From positions 9,735 through 73,734 of IMG/VR virus record IMGVR_UViG_3300020049_008107: a stretch of 64,000 bases of DNA; one strand, written 5' to 3'. This document shows, one piece after another, positions 56,916-64,000 of this stretch (positions within the stretch are counted from its first letter, which is position 1; every line of letters starts with the position of its first letter). The stretch comes from a virus. Taxonomy: Duplodnaviria; Caudoviricetes. The notes beneath the pieces are model-generated. The model was not told where the DNA came from, searched no databases, and was given only the letters and a program-made list of their open reading frames with translations. The translations under genes were made by a program, and so were the position numbers.

Positions 56916-57501
56916 CAGTTACATCTTTAGACTGAAGAAACTTAAATTCTTCTTCGATTCTTTTTAATTCATCTGGTGGTAAATCGGGTTCTACAATTAA
57001 TCCCATGTTGATAGTGCTTTTACCACCAGCTAGGCGAATATTACCATATGCATTTTTAACTGTATCTACAGCCATTTTAATGTTTATAATTGCATCTCTT
57101 ATTGAAAGTTTATCAGATTCCTTATTCCTGTCTTTAATGGTATCATCGATTAGAGTGTCAAGGAAATCCACCGCTTTTTCAGACAAGTCAACTATTTGAT
57201 CATCGATTACTGATAGCCTATCAACAATAGCCTGTGCTTTATCAGACCTTCTTAAAGCAAGTTTATCTTCAATTTCAGCTTGGTAAGCCCTTAAGTCATC
57301 AGCCCACCGTTGATATTCATACATTTCACGGACTTGCCTAAATTTAAGACCATATTTCTTAGCCAAAATTGGTAAAGATACATTAGTTGTTATCCATTCA
57401 TCCCTTAGTAAAATCCAGTCAACTTTGGTAGTGCCTACTTCTGTTACAAGTGGAGAATTTGTTATGTCAGGTAACGGATCATTACCACCAGTGTGAGCCA
57501 T
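56902..57501 (-). CDS. terS: Terminase small subunit
   Basis: N-terminal HTH (LPILAKKYGL...W), helical; overlaps the terL start. Confidence 0.65.
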   Translation of the reverse strand: MAHTGGNDPLPDITNSPLVTEVGTTKVDWILLRDEWITTNVSLPILAKKYGLKFRQVREMYEYQRWADDLRAYQAEIEDKLALRRSDKAQAIVDRLSVIDDQIVDLSEKAVDFLDTLIDDTIKDRNKESDKLSIRDAIINIKMAVDTVKNAYGNIRLAGGKSTINMGLIVEPDLPPDELKRIEEEFKFLQSKDVTDVNQ

Positions 57502-57639
57502 TAATTAGTTTTTACCTCATAAGTTCTACCTTTACGTTCTTGGATAAAGGACAAACCTCTTTCTACTAATCTTGAATGGTCATCACTAGACATCACTAGT
57601 CTTAATGCCCCAGTATGAGATTTACCAAGCAACATGTAC

Positions 57640-58296
57640 TTAGGCATATGGCGATTTAACTTTAATTGTTTTGCCATTTCTAGGATTTTTTATCGCACCC
57701 TCAGTAAGTATTAAATCAAGAACCTTATTGGTCATAATGATGTCGTGATCACAATAGTCCCATAATTCAATAAACTTACCTTGTTGATAAAGAATTGGTG
57801 CATTAGCTCCATCACCGGATTTGGATATACCAAAATTAGCTTCACAGATATCACCAAGAGAATACCCACCATGAGTACGAAAATTGAAAACTGGAGATAA
57901 ACCAACAGCTGCCCAAATCGCTTGAATGATATCCCACTCAAATTCAATAGATTTCATTTTAATACCATGAGCCATAACAACAGTTCTATCAAACTTGAGG
58001 TTATTAAATCCTACTACCAAATCGGCTTTAGTCACAGCATCTTCAAAAAAATCCAATGGAACTACTTTGTATGGTTTATTGACAAATTCTACAGTATTTA
58101 GTAAAAAATTAGATGTCTTTTCTGTTTCCAATGCATACATAACACTTTCTTTACTAACAGTGTCATAAGTACCAATACAAGCAATCCCCATACCAAGATG
58201 GTCATCCCACCCCTTGCAATATTGAACATCTGGTAGAATGTCGGTTTTCTTTTTTGGTGGGATTGCTTTGGCTATTTCAATATCATAAACTAACAT
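57640..58296 (-). CDS. RNase H-like (RNase_H_2/DnaQ-like) exonuclease
   Basis: VYDIEI, VGFNNLKFD, YCDHD. Confidence 0.75.
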   Translation of the reverse strand: MLVYDIEIAKAIPPKKKTDILPDVQYCKGWDDHLGMGIACIGTYDTVSKESVMYALETEKTSNFLLNTVEFVNKPYKVVPLDFFEDAVTKADLVVGFNNLKFDRTVVMAHGIKMKSIEFEWDIIQAIWAAVGLSPVFNFRTHGGYSLGDICEANFGISKSGDGANAPILYQQGKFIELWDYCDHDIIMTNKVLDLILTEGAIKNPRNGKTIKVKSPYA

Positions 58297-58745
58297 TCTA
58301 ATTTCCTTAAAACTTTAGATTTTTCAATGAACTTTTCAAGGTCTTCCATGTGATAAAAAACTGGAATAAATGCACTATAAGCCTCTTTAATTTCAGCAAT
58401 AGTGCCAGATGATTCCCAATGTTTCCCAGTAACAAGTACTGCATCACATCTTTTCATAAGTTCAATGCATGCTGGTAGTATAATTTCATCAGGCACCTTA
58501 TCAAAAAAATCAAAAAATGCAGAGTTTGAGTGTGGACAAATAGCAACAATACCCTTTTTAAATAGTTCCCTTGCTACTTTCCTTGCTCTCCAGATATTAA
58601 TAGCGACACCAAGAATATTAAAATAGCCGAACCATTTTGAGCGATATTTCCCAGCAACATAAACTACTGGTGGTTTTTTGATGCCAAGTAGTCCATTAAC
58701 TGTTGGTATTAAACTAACTGGTTTTGAAATCTTCTTTTTAGCCAT
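58290..58745 (-). CDS. DUF4406/DUF1937-like (nucleoside deoxyribosyltransferase-like fold)
   Basis: VYVAGKY, ICPHSNS, CIELMKRCDAV, WESSGTIAE. Confidence 0.65.
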   Translation of the reverse strand: MAKKKISKPVSLIPTVNGLLGIKKPPVVYVAGKYRSKWFGYFNILGVAINIWRARKVARELFKKGIVAICPHSNSAFFDFFDKVPDEIILPACIELMKRCDAVLVTGKHWESSGTIAEIKEAYSAFIPVFYHMEDLEKFIEKSKVLRKLEC

Positions 58746-59112
58746 TATTATCACCAATAGTCCTATTGGTTAATGCTTGCCTTGACAATTGAATTCTTGA
58801 AATTGCTTCTTCAACGTGTTTATCTTCAACAGAACCCTTGTACCATTCATTATCCGCCATCATAACAGCAAATGTGGCATAATTGATAATGTCAATAAGT
58901 GTGTCGCGCATACTCTCAGTTTTTACTTGAGATTCTACTCCTTGAGATGATAGGTTATACACCCTTGAAACCTTATCAAGCAATCGAACAGCAATTCCAT
59001 TAATCCCAGTCAAAGCCAGATTATCAATCTTAGAACCTGAATAGTCGGCATTTTTGCGAAGGGCTAACTTTAAAGCCTCAATTTGTATTTCATTATAGGC
59101 AGTTACATTCAT
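58738..59112 (-). CDS. DUF1599/Nmad1 (nucleotide modification associated domain 1)
   Basis: RKNADY, GIAVRLLDKVSR, ESMRDTLIDIINYA. Confidence 0.8.
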   Translation of the reverse strand: MNVTAYNEIQIEALKLALRKNADYSGSKIDNLALTGINGIAVRLLDKVSRVYNLSSQGVESQVKTESMRDTLIDIINYATFAVMMADNEWYKGSVEDKHVEEAISRIQLSRQALTNRTIGDNNG

Positions 59113-59114
59113 GG

Positions 59115-59684
59115 TTACTCCTTAACAATAATATCGAGCTTTTGATCATCATTTAATTCTAAAATTGTTAGTGTCGAACAATCACCAACATAATCATACA
59201 ATGAATGTTTGCCAATCATCATAACACCAATAAAGTAACCACCAAATATTGACGAAATTCTAGTTGCATCTTCTTCTACTATAGTATAGTTATCATCTTT
59301 AATAATACCACAATCAACAATAGCATCTTGAAGTATTTTTTGTGTATAATTGCCATTATCCGGCAACCTAACTTCTTTAAAACCAAGTCTCCATTTAAAT
59401 TCACATTTTTCGAAGATTGGATTGATAAGCTTAATGCCTTTATCAGATATAGTAAAGTTGTTTTTTGCCAGAATTTTAAGCAACAAGTAATCAATCGCAG
59501 ATTTATACATTTGTCTGTATTGAGCCACTCTTGCAAAATGCAATTTCTTATAGTCATTAATACTTACTGGTGGGTGTTTGTCTAATAAAAAGAATATGCC
59601 GTCGGGATAAAGAACAACTTTGTGTTTTGGTTGATGGTCAGGATTCTTTAGAAGATGCTGCATGCTCTTTTCTAAGTAATTCAA
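59115..59684 (-). CDS. RusA-like Holliday junction resolvase
   Basis: PVSIND, PDNGNYTQKILQDAI..CGIIKDD. Confidence 0.6.
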   Translation of the reverse strand: MNYLEKSMQHLLKNPDHQPKHKVVLYPDGIFFLLDKHPPVSINDYKKLHFARVAQYRQMYKSAIDYLLLKILAKNNFTISDKGIKLINPIFEKCEFKWRLGFKEVRLPDNGNYTQKILQDAIVDCGIIKDDNYTIVEEDATRISSIFGGYFIGVMMIGKHSLYDYVGDCSTLTILELNDDQKLDIIVKE

Positions 59685-60051
59685 GGTGCTCTCCAGTTAT
59701 TATAGATTCAATTTTCCATTTACCAAGATGAATGCCATTATTACCAGTATGACAATTAAAACACAGAGGTAAAAGATTAATAGCAATATCTTTCCCACCA
59801 CTAGATTTATAGATGATATGGTGTAGATGTAACTTGTTTTTTGGGGTATCAATACGACATTTGTAACAAAAAGACTTACCTTTAGCAAGCCAAAAATTAA
59901 ATGCTGCAGTTCTAGTTTGCGGTGGAACACCTTTTTCTTGATTAATTGATATTTTATAGCCATCTCGTATCTTAGATACGGTTATCTTGGCATTCTCATC
60001 AATGTTTAAGGCTTGTTTGAGTAATTGTAAATCCAAAAATGTCCTCTGCAC
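59638..60051 (-). CDS. HNH endonuclease
   Basis: CYKC...LHHIIYKSSGG...NLLPLCFNCH. Confidence 0.8.
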   Translation of the reverse strand: MQRTFLDLQLLKQALNIDENAKITVSKIRDGYKISINQEKGVPPQTRTAAFNFWLAKGKSFCYKCRIDTPKNKLHLHHIIYKSSGGKDIAINLLPLCFNCHTGNNGIHLGKWKIESIITGEHLELLRKEHAASSKES

Positions 60052-60108
60052 TTTTTATCGTACAAAGGACTAATCGATATCTTTTGGAACAAACATAGAA
60101 TAAATAAC

Positions 60109-61017
60109 CTATTTAGTCATAAACTTACAGACATGACTAACAGAACAGTATGACTCACATTTTTTGCCACTCCATGTTTCAAAGTCTGAACATTTTTCAT
60201 TCCAATCAAATTGGGCTAAGGCTTGTAGTAAATTATCTTTCTTAACCCTAAAGTAATCAAGCACTATTTGATTGTCGATGATTGGGATTGGTATTAAATA
60301 CGATTTCTTATACACCCCCCTAGACATTGTAGCAGCAAGCCCACCATCTCTAACAATGGCTTGAATGGTAAGCTTATCAATCTTTTTACTAGTCTTTTGC
60401 TCGTATAGAATTCGATAATGGTTAAGTTGCATAGACCAATTAAAAATGTCAGCCTTTGATGGATCAGCAAAATACTTCCTTTCCATTTTTGGAGAGCCTT
60501 TTTCATATGACATTTTATTGCCAATAGCATCAGTGGTGTATGACTTTTGCGAATAAACCTCTGTTTCTGATGGCACTAATTCAAATGTCAAACCAAGAGC
60601 CTTAGTAATCTGGAATGAGCCACAGACTTTATAATCTATCATCTCAAGCTGATCATTTTCGTCAACAACCAAGTCAGGTCTACCAGTTACCCCATCTTCA
60701 CTGGTCATTTGACCAAGAACATCCTCGGTTTGAACACCATCGCCTTTAGCAGTATCCAAGTAACTATGAACACCAGTTCCTAAAAATGAATAAATGAGAG
60801 AATCTGGCTCGTCTGAAAATCCGGTAACAATCTTTAAGAAAGCTTCATAAGTACCATTGAGTAATTGAGTTGTTGAAGGTTGACCTTTCCATTCTCTAAC
60901 TTCAGCCATCTTGATTAGTAATGGCTTAGCTACACACCTTGAAGCCATTCTACATTTCTGCAGGCAGTCTTCAATTTTAATCTCTTCACCATCAGGGCAT
61001 TTAAATCTTTCTAACAT
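60109..61017 (-). CDS. Cas4/RecB-like PD-(D/E)xK exonuclease
   Basis: GTGVH, GRPDL, IDYKV, QLNHY, C-terminal C..YC...C cluster. Confidence 0.75.
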   Translation of the reverse strand: MLERFKCPDGEEIKIEDCLQKCRMASRCVAKPLLIKMAEVREWKGQPSTTQLLNGTYEAFLKIVTGFSDEPDSLIYSFLGTGVHSYLDTAKGDGVQTEDVLGQMTSEDGVTGRPDLVVDENDQLEMIDYKVCGSFQITKALGLTFELVPSETEVYSQKSYTTDAIGNKMSYEKGSPKMERKYFADPSKADIFNWSMQLNHYRILYEQKTSKKIDKLTIQAIVRDGGLAATMSRGVYKKSYLIPIPIIDNQIVLDYFRVKKDNLLQALAQFDWNEKCSDFETWSGKKCESYCSVSHVCKFMTK

Positions 61018-61018
61018 G

Positions 61019-61675
61019 CTATACCTCTATCTCAAATTTTTCCATGATATTTTCAAGAGCAGTATATTGTTTAACAGTCAAACTACCCTTGTCTTCCATT
61101 TGTTGTTGAATTGATTCAACGAAATCGGTATCGCTAAGTTTACCAGAGTCAATGATTGCTTCAATGTATCCTTCTGCATTAGAGAACCTAGTATCATCTC
61201 TACTAATCCTTTCACCTTTATCAAATAATTCTGACATTTAACACCTACCATATTCCTATATTTTGGTCTTTTGATAACTCAAAAGCTGCTGGGTCTGCAT
61301 CAATCACGAAGCCTTTATCATATATACCACTCAATCCAACGGCTTTAAATTTAGTTTCATCCCTTGGTAGCCCATTAATAGCCATAACAAAACCCAAGCC
61401 AGATTTATATATCTTGCCAACTTCTACCTCATTTATGTCCATGTATTTTTACGACTATATCCAGAATTTGGAATGATAATTCTAGTATCTTTCATTGCTT
61501 TACGATTAATCTCAAATTGAAGTTGTTCAATGCGTTCATTAAACTTCTTCTCGACTAGTGTATTGAACCATTTACGATGTCTTAGATATCTAATCCACCT
61601 TTTCTTGTGGAATGTCCTCTGGAAGATAACCCAGAGGACTAAACAAAACTTATTGCGCTTCTGTGAATGACTCAT
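61019..61675 (-). other. Three small hypothetical CDSs (61019-61237, 61245-61442, 61433-61675)
   Basis: Coupled minus-strand ORFs. Confidence 0.55.
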
Positions 61676-62456
61676 ATAAACCCCATAATTTCATGTTGAT
61701 ATCGAGTCTACGCCTAGCATTTTCAATTCCCTTCATTGGCATTTGATATGGCACTAGCGCATCACCCTTGCCTTTAGTCATAATAGTCTTGGTATAACCA
61801 CCACCAAGAATCTTTTCTTGAACTCGGTTGAATACCCTAAGGGCTTGATTACCTTCATCTTCTGGTCGAATTGCAACAAGGAGACTACCAAGGTCTACAC
61901 CCTCACTAGAACCTCTAAGGGCAGAAGCCATTTTAGCGAAATCATAAGTCTTGGTATTTGACCATTCAATTCTTGATTGGGTTTCAATCTGTGCTTGAGT
62001 AGCTTCTAGGGATTCCATATATTCACCTAGAACCTGTGGAATATGAGTAACATTGTGGATTAAATGAACAAACCCAAAGCCATTCTTCTTCTTTGAATTC
62101 TCGATTTGACCAATATTCTTAGGGTTCATTACCAATGAATTGCTGCAAACTGGTCTATATGCGCCCTTGAGAAATCTAGCCTTGGCAGTTCTGTCCAAAG
62201 AATTCACAAATGTCATCGTCATAGACATCCCATTACCTAATTTAAGAGCTTCATTTACAAGAGTAACGTAATGCATACCTTGAGCATCTAAACCACCACC
62301 CCAACAATTAATTGGATTCCAGCCTTGAGCTTGAACCTGCTCAATTACATCAATTGATCTAACTACGCCATATTTGTCTGATACCTTTTTATCCGGTGTT
62401 TCTTGGAAAATTGCAGGACATTTTGCTCTTAGGTCTTCATGTGTTAATACTTTCAT
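61650..62456 (-). CDS. DUF932 (DUF945) family protein
   Basis: DLRAKCPAIF...VSDKY, GAYRPVCSNSLV; start MKVL after AAGGAACAAACA. Confidence 0.8.
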   Translation of the reverse strand: MKVLTHEDLRAKCPAIFQETPDKKVSDKYGVVRSIDVIEQVQAQGWNPINCWGGGLDAQGMHYVTLVNEALKLGNGMSMTMTFVNSLDRTAKARFLKGAYRPVCSNSLVMNPKNIGQIENSKKKNGFGFVHLIHNVTHIPQVLGEYMESLEATQAQIETQSRIEWSNTKTYDFAKMASALRGSSEGVDLGSLLVAIRPEDEGNQALRVFNRVQEKILGGGYTKTIMTKGKGDALVPYQMPMKGIENARRRLDINMKLWGLYESFTEAQ

Positions 62457-62519
62457 TGTTTGTTCCTTGCCTACCATCTTTGTAGTAGGCTATTTATATT
62501 TTTATCGTAATATTGGTAA

Positions 62520-63293
62520 TTAGTTAAAATCTTTAGTGTATGATAATGGTACTAAGACCTCTTTATCAACATTAAGAGTGCCTTCATCTGTATTTAGCAC
62601 CAATCTTACTTGGATTGCCAGGGAATGATAACCATTCGCAAACTTGATGGAATTAACCTTGATAAGACCATCATGCATACCCTTCTCATCAACAATCTTC
62701 TTAATAGTTTCTTCCTTACCAGTAAGAAATGACTTATTGGCTTTCTTCTTTGCATCTTGATTACCAAAAAAGAATACCCCTTTAAAATCTTCCAGATAAT
62801 TGATTGGAACTTGAAGCTTACGAGCAACATGCAACTTATTATCCTCATCTGAGATATCAAGGTCAAAGAACATTGAATGATACCCATTCGCAAATTCAAT
62901 GCCAAGCAATCTAGATTCATGAACAATGAGTGCTTCAGCACTCAATGAATTGGCAATAGACTTGCTAGCTTCTTTATCAACCGATTGGATTTTAACTGGT
63001 TTAATAGCCAATTCTTTATCAACTATGTCAATTAGTTCCTTAGCAGCTTCGTTTATAGTTGTAGATAGCTTCTTTTTACTTGATGGTTTTACGTAGAAAT
63101 ATCCTTCGCAACGTTCAAAGGAGATAACCGATTCAGACTTGGTTTCTAGGAATGTGAGGAATAGTTTCTCTTCACCTTCAAATTGTTCAATTTTGTCAAC
63201 ACGGAATTTATTCTTGTATAAGACTTCAATTCCAGCTTCTAATTTAGTCTTTACTTGATCTTTAGCGATTCTAATAGTTTTGTTTGTTTCCAT
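62520..63293 (-). CDS. Hypothetical protein
   Basis: 257 aa, first gene after promoter D; internal repeat FANGYHS occurs twice. Confidence 0.65.
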   Translation of the reverse strand: METNKTIRIAKDQVKTKLEAGIEVLYKNKFRVDKIEQFEGEEKLFLTFLETKSESVISFERCEGYFYVKPSSKKKLSTTINEAAKELIDIVDKELAIKPVKIQSVDKEASKSIANSLSAEALIVHESRLLGIEFANGYHSMFFDLDISDEDNKLHVARKLQVPINYLEDFKGVFFFGNQDAKKKANKSFLTGKEETIKKIVDEKGMHDGLIKVNSIKFANGYHSLAIQVRLVLNTDEGTLNVDKEVLVPLSYTKDFN

Positions 63294-63332
63294 TTTGTTT
63301 GTCCTTGCCTGCTTAACAGGTCTATTTGTTAT

Positions 63333-63398
63333 TTTATCGTAGTATCAGTGATACCCTTCCTTGTCATCTTATCAGATAGTATCTTCCTTGTCAAGCAG
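63333..63398 (-). promoter_or_regulatory. Early sigma70-type promoter cassette, copy D
   Basis: TTGACA-17 bp-TAAGAT with TG extension; GTATC-ACT-GATAC hairpin; CGATAAAA. Confidence 0.7.
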
Positions 63399-63830
63399 AT
63401 TTTAGGTTTATATCTAATCTAATTGGTTTCTTTGTAAAATAGTAGTTAATACGCCTATTAGGAACTAAATGCCATAATGAGGTATTATTTGGATCATCAA
63501 GTCCATCAACACACATTAGCCTATTGTTATATGAACACCACAAAGCATAACTTGGTAATGGTAATCTCAATAAGGCTTCTTGTTTGTTTAACATTCGACA
63601 TGTCATAATAATACTAGTAATTCCTTATAATCAATGTCAATCGTGTAGATTTTACCTTCAATCTGGTCTTTTTCATCATCCGAATAGTAGACCGGAATAA
63701 TGCCATATTTGCAATAGTTCTGGAAATACCATTGCTTACCAATCTTGTTCTCATTCCTTACAAGTATTGGTGGTGCATTCTTCCAACACTTTGGAAGTGA
63801 AAGCTGTGCAATTAATAGCAATTCAAGCAC
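63391..63830 (-). other. Two small hypothetical CDSs (63391-63606, 63603-63830)
   Basis: Coupled by an ATGA overlap. Confidence 0.45.
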
Positions 63831-64000
63831 TAGCTAAACTCCAATTTCTTAGCAAATGCCACAATATCTATCTCATAATAGTCGCATACTGGCTTTAAAG
63901 ACCACACAAAATAATCATTGCGCACCTTAATTTCAAATACCCCTTCTTCTAACTGTTTCAAGTAGTCAGATAAGGCTTCGGTAACTGTATCAAAATGGAA

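Noticed and set aside
60070-60108. GTTATTTA-N4-ATG as another late promoter
   Set aside because: Spacing is 4 nt rather than 5, the ORF is only 8 codons (MFVPKDID), and it lies in an early-type operon.
60109-61017. Cas4 as part of a CRISPR system
   Set aside because: Stand-alone Cas4/RecB-like nucleases are common in phage recombination modules; no cas1/cas2 or array is present.
1-64000. Alternative genetic code, DGR, retron, group I/II intron, integrase/att
   Set aside because: Core genes are intact in code 11 with TAG, TAA and TGA all used as stops; no reverse transcriptase, recombinase or interrupted core gene was recognised.

Overview
The whole window is AT-rich tailed-phage DNA from a myovirus (contractile tail). 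It is part of a genome larger than 64 kb, and no host genes, integrase or att site are visible. The minus strand carries a nearly complete morphogenesis region: terminases, portal, MuF, protease-scaffold, capsid, neck, lysis, sheath, tube, frameshifting tail chaperone, tape measure, baseplate and fibre. Replication, recombination and nucleotide-modification genes flank it: RecA cut by the window edge, SSB-like, PurZ-like, sigma-like, RusA-like, Cas4-like, DUF932, RNase H-like and Nmad1. Several small plus-strand gene islands interrupt the late region. Highlights: (1) Eleven otherwise unrelated proteins, one of them kinase-like, share a ~20-aa leader, (I/V/L)VTKSQ(L/V)xR(I/L/V)(V/I)xK(A/S). Its [VIL]-x-K-[AS] motifs also recur in the scaffold, the capsid propeptide and a kinase/ADP-ribosyltransferase fusion, suggesting a capsid-targeting and protease-release system for injected cargo. 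(2) A PurZ-like enzyme suggests a 2-aminoadenine (Z) genome. (3) A fixed-spacing TTATTTA-N5-start motif suggests leaderless late promoters. (4) A conserved early promoter/hairpin cassette occurs four times. All family calls are by motif recognition; no database searches were run.
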